Source: a virus (Duplodnaviria; Caudoviricetes). From it: 62,436 nt of DNA. The position numbers and the translations under genes are program-made. The notes under the pieces were generated by a model. The model ran no database searches. It was not told where the DNA came from and saw only the letters and a list, made by a program, of their open reading frames with translations. Location: IMG/VR virus record IMGVR_UViG_3300023440_000005, positions 1-62,436 of that record. One strand, given 5' to 3'. Of this stretch, positions 49,986 through 60,600 are shown in pieces (position 1 is the stretch's first letter; every line of letters begins with the position of its first letter).

Positions 49986-50621
49986 CTATTTATGGGTATT
50001 TAAAAAATCTTTAAAAACTTTATCTAATTTCTTCTTTAAACTATTTAGTGTAGAGTTATTAGTTATGTAAATTACATTAAAGTCGTTATTAGCATAGAAG
50101 GAGCGATATCCTTTATTAAGTGTATCTATACCAGCTATAGCTTTTTTATCTAGGTTATTAAATTCACAATCTCGATTTGTAAGTCTATGACTAATATTAG
50201 AGATATCTGAGTCCAAATGGATAATGATATCTGGACGTATGGGCATGATGCTAGGATTATTTAATATAAGATTAAATATATCCTTGGCATTATCATCATT
50301 TAACAAATTTATATTATACGCATAAAAGCAACCTATATATCTATCTGAGATTACACAATAGTTATCATTTAGGTACCTTACTACTTCAGTATAGTGACTA
50401 GAATGTGCTATGGCAGATACTGAAGCATTTAATGAGAGGGGTAGTTCGTTAGATAGTAACGATTCCCTCAATGTGACTCCTACAGTTCCAGATCCTACAG
50501 CTTTAAGTTTTACAGTGGGTTTATATACACTCATAAGCTGTTGCAAATACCCTACTACAATACTCTTACCAACACCATCAGGACCCTGTACCGCCACCCA
50601 TATTGGGGTTTGAACTTTCAT
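49986..50621 (-). CDS. tmk: Thymidylate (dTMP) kinase
   Basis: P-loop QGPDGVGKS, ISDRY, RPDIIIHLD. Confidence 0.88.
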   Translation of the reverse strand: MKVQTPIWVAVQGPDGVGKSIVVGYLQQLMSVYKPTVKLKAVGSGTVGVTLRESLLSNELPLSLNASVSAIAHSSHYTEVVRYLNDNYCVISDRYIGCFYAYNINLLNDDNAKDIFNLILNNPSIMPIRPDIIIHLDSDISNISHRLTNRDCEFNNLDKKAIAGIDTLNKGYRSFYANNDFNVIYITNNSTLNSLKKKLDKVFKDFLNTHK

Positions 50622-53600
50622 GATTTATAAACCTCTATAGCTCTTTTAGCTATTATTTTAAGTAAAGTTATAGTTGTCCCAATTAAAATGGGACTATTAA
50701 CTATTCTAGCAGATATGCTTCTATAGCCAAATACTGCATTGATGGTCTTACCTGACTCGGTAGCCATATCATAATCCATAACTTCACCAATCACACTTTT
50801 AAGTTGGTTAGCAAATATAGCTTTATCCCCAACTCCCATATCCTCTACTATATCAGTATAGATATAAATGGCTATGGTATTAGGCTGTAATGGTTTACCA
50901 CCAACATTAAGATCGCTAGTAACTCTATTATTAGTCAGATTCCCACCAGAAGATTTAGAGTAAGAACTTATTTTCCTATCATACTTATCAGCTATCTTAC
51001 GCAGCGTATCTGACATCTCAGCTTTATCACCATTATAAAATATCTCTATTTTACCTATAGTTCCATTATAGTGGGACTTAGGAGTTTGGCTGGCTATTTT
51101 TTTTAGTGCAGATAAAGAGTCGCTACTAAAAATACCTAGGGAACTAGTGATATCATCTTCTATAACTAGTAATATGTCATGAGGTTTTACCTTACTACCT
51201 ACTTTTATAAGGTCATATACATTCTGATCGAAAGTCAAAGTTATAATTTTAGGTTTGCTAACAGTTGTTTTAAAAGAGTCGGTTACCATCTTACTCACAG
51301 CAGAACTATCTTCGAATGTTTGATTAGATTCATATATAGCCGTTGTAACTGGAAAACTAGTCTTATATACTATTTCAGTAGGATCTAGAATGTCAGGCTC
51401 AAAAAAGTTCTCATTATAAGCAATAACGTCCCCTTTCTTAAACTTAACCCCCTCTTTTATATTAGGTATAATGTTATGCGGATAGTAAGTCCCTTCAGCT
51501 GCACCATAGATAGGTCCTAATTTAATACCTTTTTTCTTACCATCACTATACTCGATGATAATGCCATCGGTATCTATGGATTTAACTACACCATCTAACC
51601 GAGCGCTATATGAGAACTCCTCAGATGTACGCTTACCGATAACATACTCATAACCAGTTCTAACATAAGGTTGACGATATGCTTCAGCCGCAATGGTATG
51701 GGTATTTTGAATGTTAACAAAGTTTACCCTCTTACCATCATCTTTATCAGAACTAGGAGCTAACAGCATACTGGTACTAAATAAACTAGAGTTGGTCAAT
51801 TGTTTATTCTTACTCATTATACCTCTAAGAGAACCGATGTTAGGATTAGCTGATAGATATGAATTTACACCTACTGCTGAACTATCTACAGTAGCCTCAG
51901 ATACTACCCCTAAATCAGATTTATGGAAAGCTCTAGAAGCCCTATTTAGCGTTTCAGTACTACGCCCACCCTCACCCGTGTAGGTAAGAACCTCAACTTC
52001 TTTTAAATTCTGTATGGGGTTAGTCTGCTCGATTAATTTAGTGCTATTATCTTTAACGATTTTATTCCAGATATCATAATTACCTACATTTACTTTAGCA
52101 CGACCCGCTATATTACGATTTCTGAAAGAGCGTATGGATTGAACCATCTGACTATAAATCATACCAGCCATACGTTCATACCCTCTTATACGCATATATT
52201 GGAGATCTTGACTATCTGGAGTGTTAAAATCTAAGAGTAGTTTGTTGGAGTATAGTAGCATACCTATGAAAGTAGTAGGCTCATTACGAGCTTCTAATAT
52301 AGTAAGGGTTATGCTATCAATGAACATATCTTTAAGCAGATCTAATTCACGTATATAGATAGGTCCTAACTTCATAGATGTTAGGAGGTTAAAATAAACA
52401 TCAGAATTATCCATTTCATCATCTTTAAACCCTATTAGAATTTTCTTATATTTATTAAATCCAGCTAATATAAGACTGACCTCCACATCATCTTTAGAAA
52501 ATATATAAGTTATATTTTGAAATTTTATAATATATTCATTTTCACTAGGTCTATATCTTAACTCAGCACTAGTCTTATATGTCACACTTAACAATTTAAG
52601 TAATCCGGTAAATCCAAAATAGTATGCTAACACAATCCCTAAAGGTATGTGTTTACGGAAAACTCTTAATTCCGTAATATCCATAGGTGCTTTTTTCTTA
52701 TCTACACCAACTACATCATAGAGTGAACCTAGTTCAGTAAATACACCTTTTGAATAAGAATGTAGATTATCGTCATAGTCCATAATTATAATACTACCAT
52801 CAGTACTACTACCTATAACCCTACCATTAGCTTCTACTTTAGCTAAAGGAGTGGTATTTGCAATATCACTCCTATCCACATGGTCTAAGTTAAAGGTTAT
52901 ATCACCACTAACAAAACTCTTGAAGTGTTTAGCTAAAGAGTTATAAAGATAAGGTGCTTCAAAAGTATTGGTATATACATCTGCTGGAGCTACTTTAGAT
53001 ATATTACTAGATTCATCTAAACCCAATAGTCGTATACGTTTAACTAGCCACTCAGTACTACTATCATTTTTTCTACTAGATCTAGTTATAAAGATCTTAC
53101 CATAATAGGATGTTAGGGCTACTACATTAGGTTGTATCTTACGTATAGGTAGATCTATACGTTGAATACGCATAACCACCTCTTTACCATTAACCATCAT
53201 TATACCATGATCATTGACCTTGGGTAGTTTAAACTTAATAGTTGATTGGGCCCCATCTATAGGTTTAATAGTGAGAGTATGCATGTCATAAGAACCCAAT
53301 TTATCTTCTATAGGTAATATTTCATGTTTCTTTATTACGATGCCTGCATTCTGGATATCATTAATAGATCTCATGATATCCTTATCAAGAACTTCAGTAA
53401 CATATTTTGTGTTAAATGATAGTAAGGATGATTCCAACATAGATTTATCTTGGACTAAATCACTAGCTACTATTTTAACTACATCAGTATCTAAAGTCAA
53501 ATCATCACTACTTAGCTTAATAAAATCTGATATGGCAGTACCGGTATAAGGATTATCTGACCTACTAAACTCATCTATGGCAGTTAGATATGATTTAGCA

Positions 53601-54772
53601 CTACTAGCTGGAATGTTAACATCCCTAATCGACTTTAAAATCTTACCCTTAAGAATATCTTTTGGGTTAACATAGGTCATGACGGCATTAACATCAATAT
53701 CCCCCACCACGATTTTCTTTTTATGTACACTACCATCATTAGATACAATAACCCCCATATCACTTAGAGTGCTAGAAGTTACCGCATTAAGTATGGTCAT
53801 ATCTTTATCTACATCTAATATCTCAAGACCGGTATTGTCAGATGTGTTAACCTCATCTTCTGACTCTACATCAGAAATAGTTAAAGGTTCATCATTAACG
53901 GCTATATCGATGGCAGCTTGTAGACTCATAAGTGCTTTTATAAAGAATTTACCAAGTTGAATACTAGATATATTGGAGTTAGTTTTGACATCAGATAGGT
54001 CATGACCTTTAATCCAACTACGCAAGTAACCTAAATTCATGATAATACTTTTATCACTTTCATTAGTGAAAATAATACTTATCTTAGATAGACCCTTTTC
54101 ATCTAGAACCGCCATGCTACTAAGGGGGGATTCTACTACTAACCATCTCCATAGATCAAGTATATTAAGCATACTTTGATCAGTAAAGACCTCAGATATA
54201 TGCAGAGTAGTATTACTCTCATATATCTTTAGTAACTTTATACTAGGTAATAACTTAGGTAGATAATAATGGACATATTGATGTCTAGAATATATGCTAG
54301 CTTCATTAACATAGAGCCATAGACGTTTTCTTACATTGAACCATTTGAAGTATTCATGATATCCTGAATTAGTATATTTATAACTTTTATTGATATAACT
54401 AAAGTTAGCCATTGTCAATAAAAGAGGATTATCTGTACTTATGTAAGGTAGCTCCTTAGGTTTAAACTGTTTATTATCAGTAAAGAATTTTCTACTTAAA
54501 GCTTTAACATTAGAATGGACTTTTGTATACCTACCTTCAGGATTTATTAAATCTGTAACTATATCCGTATAAACAACACGATTGTAGTTTGATAACACTC
54601 CAATATTGCTAGATAGATCTACACTATGATTTTCATCAGCAATATAGTTATATGATGCCGATTTAGGTAATTCTTTAAGTATGAAAATTGGAGGATTAAG
54701 TAACTGTGCTAGTTTTCTTATCCCATTCTTTTTATAAAATATTTCTTGTGTTAGCATATTACCATTCTCCAA
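50618..54772 (-). CDS. Virion RNA polymerase beta subunit (phiKZ gp178-like)
   Basis: 1384 aa; QRIDLPIRKI, ALTSYYGK, RIRGYER, TY.GEGGRS, DDGKRVNFVNIQ, FEDSSA, GVGDKAIFANQLKS. Confidence 0.92.
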   Translation of the reverse strand: MENGNMLTQEIFYKKNGIRKLAQLLNPPIFILKELPKSASYNYIADENHSVDLSSNIGVLSNYNRVVYTDIVTDLINPEGRYTKVHSNVKALSRKFFTDNKQFKPKELPYISTDNPLLLTMANFSYINKSYKYTNSGYHEYFKWFNVRKRLWLYVNEASIYSRHQYVHYYLPKLLPSIKLLKIYESNTTLHISEVFTDQSMLNILDLWRWLVVESPLSSMAVLDEKGLSKISIIFTNESDKSIIMNLGYLRSWIKGHDLSDVKTNSNISSIQLGKFFIKALMSLQAAIDIAVNDEPLTISDVESEDEVNTSDNTGLEILDVDKDMTILNAVTSSTLSDMGVIVSNDGSVHKKKIVVGDIDVNAVMTYVNPKDILKGKILKSIRDVNIPASSAKSYLTAIDEFSRSDNPYTGTAISDFIKLSSDDLTLDTDVVKIVASDLVQDKSMLESSLLSFNTKYVTEVLDKDIMRSINDIQNAGIVIKKHEILPIEDKLGSYDMHTLTIKPIDGAQSTIKFKLPKVNDHGIMMVNGKEVVMRIQRIDLPIRKIQPNVVALTSYYGKIFITRSSRKNDSSTEWLVKRIRLLGLDESSNISKVAPADVYTNTFEAPYLYNSLAKHFKSFVSGDITFNLDHVDRSDIANTTPLAKVEANGRVIGSSTDGSIIIMDYDDNLHSYSKGVFTELGSLYDVVGVDKKKAPMDITELRVFRKHIPLGIVLAYYFGFTGLLKLLSVTYKTSAELRYRPSENEYIIKFQNITYIFSKDDVEVSLILAGFNKYKKILIGFKDDEMDNSDVYFNLLTSMKLGPIYIRELDLLKDMFIDSITLTILEARNEPTTFIGMLLYSNKLLLDFNTPDSQDLQYMRIRGYERMAGMIYSQMVQSIRSFRNRNIAGRAKVNVGNYDIWNKIVKDNSTKLIEQTNPIQNLKEVEVLTYTGEGGRSTETLNRASRAFHKSDLGVVSEATVDSSAVGVNSYLSANPNIGSLRGIMSKNKQLTNSSLFSTSMLLAPSSDKDDGKRVNFVNIQNTHTIAAEAYRQPYVRTGYEYVIGKRTSEEFSYSARLDGVVKSIDTDGIIIEYSDGKKKGIKLGPIYGAAEGTYYPHNIIPNIKEGVKFKKGDVIAYNENFFEPDILDPTEIVYKTSFPVTTAIYESNQTFEDSSAVSKMVTDSFKTTVSKPKIITLTFDQNVYDLIKVGSKVKPHDILLVIEDDITSSLGIFSSDSLSALKKIASQTPKSHYNGTIGKIEIFYNGDKAEMSDTLRKIADKYDRKISSYSKSSGGNLTNNRVTSDLNVGGKPLQPNTIAIYIYTDIVEDMGVGDKAIFANQLKSVIGEVMDYDMATESGKTINAVFGYRSISARIVNSPILIGTTITLLKIIAKRAIEVYKS

Positions 54773-55445
54773 AAGAAGGGGTTAGAGATTCTAACCCTAA
54801 CGAATCCAATTTCACATGTCTATATTCATCTTCAGGTATAGGGGAAAGTTCTATAGTATTATTCAACCTTAAATCCCCAATAAGTTTATAGTATCCTTTA
54901 CCTATCACACCCCCTTTGTTAGATACTTTTATATCATATTTATCTTTAATGTGCAGATAGGCTTCTATAACAGCTGTAAGTTTATGACCCCCATTACGCT
55001 CATGGATTATTTTTTGTATGAGTATTTGACCTATCGTTTTGGGGGCATATCTATATGTAGATTTATTGTAAGTTACTAACCACACTTCTTTAGTTAAATT
55101 AGCATCAAATACTAGTTTATTAGTAGGCTTCAATCCCTCTACGAAGGGTAAGATATTTATGTCATATATTGCGCCATAAGAACCATTATTTTTATAGTAA
55201 ATATGATCCCCCGTTACATCCCCATACCCGATAAGACAACCCATGATTGACGGAGCAACTGTTATACGAGGTATGGTACGATCCTCTTGACTTGCAGCTC
55301 TAGGGGATATTCTAGGATAATACCATCTTGGAGTTTTAGGATCAATGTGTAACATGTAATCTTGATTTTCGGTAGTAGAAGTAACTACTTTAATATTGCG
55401 TTGTACTAAAGGAGATTGTAATTCTAGATATTCTGTTATATTCAT
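54759..55445 (-). CDS. Conserved hypothetical (probable head) protein between the vRNAP subunits
   Basis: PRI...A...EDRTIPRITVAP...GC..G; C-terminal GLESLTPSFGEW. Confidence 0.65.
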   Translation of the reverse strand: MNITEYLELQSPLVQRNIKVVTSTTENQDYMLHIDPKTPRWYYPRISPRAASQEDRTIPRITVAPSIMGCLIGYGDVTGDHIYYKNNGSYGAIYDINILPFVEGLKPTNKLVFDANLTKEVWLVTYNKSTYRYAPKTIGQILIQKIIHERNGGHKLTAVIEAYLHIKDKYDIKVSNKGGVIGKGYYKLIGDLRLNNTIELSPIPEDEYRHVKLDSLGLESLTPSFGEW

Positions 55446-55448
55446 TAG

Positions 55449-55604
55449 TTAACTCGTCATATTCGTAACCACCAATTCACTGGTGTCATCATATAAATTA
55501 AAAAACATTTTACCATTAATATTGATGTATAGATCCCTGTTATACATCTTGCGCTTAGCTTCTAGCTTAGCTTCTTCTGTTAATAGTAGTGTAAAGGATA
55601 TTGT
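55449..55604 (-). CDS. Virion RNAP beta' (gp180-like), exon 3 (TISFTLLLTEEAK...VVTNMTS*)
   Basis: 51-codon frame starting right after the intron's terminal G (55605); supplies the expected sequence after DFDGD; stop lies 3 nt before the next ATG. Confidence 0.8.
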   Translation of the reverse strand, partial: TISFTLLLTEEAKLEAKRKMYNRDLYININGKMFFNLYDDTSELVVTNMTS

Positions 55605-56032
55605 CAGTTTCTTCGGATAACCTCGTTACGATTATCCCGCAGCATTATCTGCAGCTTATACAGTTAGTATAATGTAGAGACCATATCACCACCCCCGTGA
55701 ATACGGTAGGGTGCTTCCCGTTTCCCTATCACTGATAGGTACACCGTGGTTAGCGGTTGGTCGTTGATCACATCCCACTGAATAACATAGAGGGACTTCG
55801 AGGCTGATTGCACATTGTTAATAACACTTAGACTTACTATCATCATATGTCATATACATGATTGTTTCTACTTTCGTAGCCGTAATAGTCTGCCATTTCT
55901 AGCTATCTATGGTGGCTCATGTATCTTTAGCACGTTCCAGCAGTTAGAGAAGTAACTACTCGACTATTACTAGCCGGTAGGACAGTGTAACGATTAGTAC
56001 GTTACCAAGTACAATAAATTGTACTAATCGTT
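55605..56032 (-). mobile_element. Group I intron (IA2-like, 428 nt, no endonuclease ORF)
   Basis: P AACTGCTGGAA (55935-55945), Q AATCAGC, R TCAACGACCA, S GATATGGTC; P7 GACCA/TGGTC; P3 CTTCTC/GGGAAG; P7.1/P7.2, P8 and P9 hairpins; GNRA loops; preceded by exon T and ends in G. Confidence 0.88.
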
Positions 56033-56038
56033 ATCACC
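56033..56038 (-). CDS. Putative 6-nt micro-exon GGTGAT (Gly-Asp) of the DFDGD motif
   Basis: Best-placed source of the missing GD, upstream of the ribozyme core; preceded by G and ends in T, as group I splice sites require. Confidence 0.62.
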
Positions 56039-56084
56039 CTAAATAGGTGAATCTGCTAGTAGGTATAACATAGCAGATACATTA
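56039..56084 (-). other. 46-nt mini-intron-like insert
   Basis: TAATGTATCTGCTATGTTATACCTACTAGCAGATTCACCTATTTAG; follows exon T, ends in G, contains an 8-bp hairpin ATCTGCTA/TAGCAGAT; no catalytic core. Confidence 0.55.
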
Positions 56085-57533
56085 ATCAAAGTCAGCACCC
56101 ATCCTTCCTAGGTACCTATGTGGAATATTAAGAGTATCAAAAAAACCAGTATCTTTTATAGGGAATTCCTTAGCTATAAATGGGGTAGGTTGTAGATCGC
56201 TATCTAACTCATAGAGCACTAGTGATTTATTGGTAGTTCTTAAATAAGCATAAATTAAATTAATACTACCATATCCAGTTATAGGGTATCGTGTTATAAG
56301 ACCGGGTATCTCATCAGACCCCTTATATACGGATAGATATAATAACTCTGATAACGTTATTGGATTGAGATTAACTCTAAGATCTTCAGGTATAGTATTT
56401 TTATCATATACTACCCTATACCCTTTGCCATCATTATATAAGAGCGCTAGATAATGATCTTCTATTTCAATAACATCATGACGGATATCGCTTATACCAA
56501 ATTTAGCTACAGTCTTTTCTATACCGTCGTAAGTCATCCATTCATCATAGGTTTCAGGGGCAATATCAACACTTACCCGTTCTAATGTTTTCTTATCTAT
56601 AAGAAATGCGGCACTATCAGAACCTACAAATATATTAGATAAATATGTATCACGTATATTTTTAACCGTTAGAGGTAAAGTAGATCTCAGATATTCATGC
56701 ATACCTACTATACACTGTTTAGAAGTTACATTGTTAGGATCTCCTAAGCGCTTCATACTCCGTATACTACTACTTAAAACATTTCTAGTGCTATTGAATA
56801 TATTCCTAGATATCCACTTACCTTGTATAAGCTTACCCTTTCCTTTTAAGAGATCCTCTATATATAAGTAGAGATCCAGTATAACTGTTTGTAGAGTATA
56901 TCTACTAGAGTCTAGAAGTTCTAAGTTTTGTTTAACCGTTATACCCTCTATGGAATTACTTATGCCTAAAATACGTTTATAGAAACCATTGACCTCATCT
57001 TCGGAAGGGGTTCCGGTGCTATCCACGAAGTAATCCCTTATACCAGCTGGCATGACTACTAGTTTATCAATAATGTGGTTATCTATATACTTTTCAATAA
57101 GAGCTATATTATACTCTCTTTGTGAACTATCAGTTTTAACTAATTTAAGTTCTTTTATATGCGATAAGAAAAAACTATAACCAGTATCGCCATCAACTGG
57201 TGATGCTGGCTCAAAGTCTAGAGTCTCCGTATTAAAGGTAGCGAATTTCTTACCACTCAATATATCCCCATAGAATGCTTTTAGTTTAACTATGAGTTTA
57301 AAAAATAAAGGATGCATAACTGTTATATTTAAATTAATATAACTAAATATACGATTACGACTCTCTTCTCCTACCTTACCAAAAATCTCAGTACTAAAGA
57401 GACCTTCTGGATGGAAATTCTTAGTAGATCCTATAAACGTGTCTAATACCTTAACTGGCGATATCCCTTTCACATCACGATCTTTAGGAATAAGAAGTTC
57501 AATATTAAATGGTACTTGGGTCATATTTAACAC
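56085..57533 (-). CDS. Virion RNAP beta' (phiKZ gp180-like), exon 1
   Basis: FHPEGLFSTEIFG, VMPAGIRD, KGK...IQGKW.SR, TRYPITG; stops abruptly at MGADFD within the catalytic motif. Confidence 0.92.
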
Positions 57534-57652
57534 CTATTGTTATTTGAATGAACGTATCATATGATGAGGTAGACTATTTATATACCACAATAGTAACATT
57601 TACATAAGTTCAATCTAATAGATAGTCGAACTTAACATATTAGGAGAAAATA

Positions 57653-60600
57653 ATGGCTAGTGAATTTGACCTAGATGATTTCAGTATGGATGATATGGAC
57701 AGTAGTTTTGGAGGGGAAAGTTTAGATATAAATCCAGAGATCGGAACTAATGATAGAAGACCTATATCACAAGCAGTAAAAGGTAGCATATCATCAGCTA
57801 AGAGCATACTAACCGATTCCAATACTATAAAGAATTTTATATTAAAAGCTTTACCTAAGGAATACGGAGAAGTACACTCAGATCTTGATAGTGGAGTAAG
57901 TGATTTAGCTGAACTTTATGATGAAAGTATCAAATCTATTAGACCCAAGATTAAGGGTATATCTACTAAGATTAATAGACTGATACCGGAACGTCATAAG
58001 AAGTTGAAGGGTATGTTAAAGGAAGTAGAGGAAGCTACTTCCGAATATCAGGGTAGAAACACTACTTCGGAAAGGGATATTCAGGAGAGGTCCATCAAAA
58101 CCGCTACCGAAAACATATTTAATACTCAAAAGGTAGCTGATAAGGAGAAGCTGTTAGATCAGGAAGTTGAAAGTAAGAAATTTAAAGCTACTACTGATAT
58201 ATCAACATCTATACGAGATGGTATACTTAAACTATCTACATATACCACCACTGTAACTCAGGCCTATCAGAAGAAATCGTTAGAGTTACAATACCGATCA
58301 TATTTCGTACAAAATAAATTACTAGAGATCTCTAATAAGTATTTTGAAGTATTTAACGTTCAAAATAAAGCTATAGTTGGAAATACGGCATTACCAGAAT
58401 ATGTTAAGATAACCAATAGTGAGAAGTTCAAAGAAGCTTCTAAAAATAGAGTCATTGGCAGTATTCAAGATAAGCTATTTTCAGATAAAGGTCTTATAAG
58501 TACTGTAACATCTAACATAAAAACACAACTTAAGTCAGTAATGGATGGAGTAGGTGCTGCTTTAGACGGTGTTGATATGGGTGCCGATATGGCAGATACT
58601 ATCGGTAGTATGGAGGACCCCGATGAGATGATGGGGGGTTCATCTAAGTCAGGTGCTTATAAGTTAGGGAGAATGGCTACTGCACACGGTGTAGGTTATT
58701 TTAATAATAAGCTTAGTAGTAGACTTAGATCTAGAGGTAACAGAAATAATAAACTAGTTAGCACTGGTAGAAATCTTAAAGATATCATTGCCGATCCCAC
58801 TTTACTAAGAGAATATATTAAAGATACTGGTGATTCAGATAATGAATTAGTTAACAATGCTAAGAGTATGTTATCTGATATACTAAATCCCAAAGGTGGG
58901 AATTTTTCAGGCAGTATAACCTCAGTATCGGATAAACTATTTGAGCCTGGTATTTACACTAATAGAACCAATAAGGCTATAGTAGAGGTTATACCGGGAT
59001 ATCTTAGTCGTATACTAAGAGAAGTCACCATATTAAGAACTGGAGATACTAGTACTGAATTAACTACCTTTGATTATAAGGGAAGTAATTTTCTTTCTAG
59101 ATCTAAATTTACAAAGGTTTTACAAAATAGACTAGTCGGAGATCTATCTGGCGATAACGTAGCCGAAAAGACTGATAAGATACTAAGTGGTATATTGGGT
59201 GACGTTACTCTTAGCAGTTCAGATAACGTAGATGCTTCAAAGCTATTACAGAATTCCATATTACAAGGAAATGTAACTAATACGAAATCATTAGCTAGAG
59301 TGCTTAAATCTGATAAGAGTGATATGGGGAAACTTCTATATAAAAGACTTATCACCAATGTGAATTCCGATACTTCTGGTAAGAAAATCTCAAAGTTCAA
59401 CAGTGAAGCGTTGAATCTACGAACAAGTATGAGTGGCTTAACCCCGACTATATCAGAGATTATGGATAATGGTCAAGGGGACATTCTTAGGGAGATGGGG
59501 GTGGTGACGGAAAATGATCAAGGTAAATATAGTTTAAATAAAGATAAGTATCTGGAACTTGCTAATGGTAAAACTACCCCCACTACTCATACCTCTGGTA
59601 CATCACGATTTAACCCATTAAGGAGATCGACTATACCAGATGTATCCAATCCTAACAATATAGATTCTCAGACCACTCATAGTCCTAGTAGTAGTTCTAA
59701 TGGCATCGGTCTAGAACCTGCATTCTTAGACCCAATCGTAAGTAATACTAGAGGTATACCAGTAATAGAATCCAATACTACTGATATATTGAAACTATTA
59801 AAAGAGGGTATACGATTTAATGCTACTGATGGTGATACGGGTACATCCCAAAATACTGAGGGTAGAAGTTCATTTTTTAGTTCAGTATTAGGAGCTGGTG
59901 GTAGTTTATTATCCAAACTATCAAGTGGGTTAAACTCAGCTAAAGATAATGTTGTAAAACCATTAGCTGGAGGTCTTGGGTCCTTACTTACATCAGATAC
60001 TACTAAAGAAGCCCTCAAATCGCTATTCTCGAAATCGATAAACCTTAGTAGTAAGATGTTAGATACTACTTTAGGATATATGGATACAGTTATGAGTAAG
60101 GGTAAGGGATTGTCCCAATATCTTTATAAGCAAGTCAAAGCTGGGGTTAATAAACTACTAGAGTATACTGGTGATATATACGTTAAAGGTAAGAACTCGC
60201 CAGTTATTAATGCTAGACTTCTCAAAGCTGGATTATATTTAGATGAGAAGAGTGGTGAGGTTATTAAATCATTCAAGGATATAAAGGGACCTATAGTAGA
60301 CTCTGCTGGTAGGGTTATTTTAACATTGGAGGATATAGCTTCAGGACTGTTAGATTATAAAGGTAAGGAAATTAAAGTACCTTTAGAGAAGATAGTAGCT
60401 TATACTAAAGGTAAAATTAAAGCTGGATTCAATAGACTTTCTAATACAGCTAACGTTATAAAAGGTATAGGGGGTAGTTTATTTAAGAAAGGGGATACTG
60501 CTGAAATAAGTGGCGGTAAAAGCTATAATGTATTAGTAGAAATACGGAACCTTATACAACAGTATATGGGGATATCTAGCACCTCTGGACTAACTAATAA

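Noticed and set aside
2659-54891. Many short antisense or nested ORFs within long genes (e.g. 24134..24583, 42735..43202, 37556..37903)
   Set aside because: Fully or largely opposite well-supported genes, with typical shadow composition
55664-55846. 60-aa ORF inside the intron as a homing endonuclease
   Set aside because: It overlaps the catalytic core (Q, R, S) and has no HNH, GIY-YIG or LAGLIDADG motif
56039-56087. T4 gene 60-style ribosomal bypass of the 46-nt insert (stop after the take-off codon, hairpin, similar gap size)
   Set aside because: A matched GAT/GAC landing codon is needed just before GGT, but that triplet is TAG. Landing on the internal GAT hits a stop, and landing on the micro-exon GAT skips GD. 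Disfavoured, not excluded.
56082-57533. vRNAP beta' as a truncated pseudogene, or TAA read-through
   Set aside because: The missing GD and C-terminus are present downstream with group I junctions; the 46-nt insert would also shift the frame after read-through
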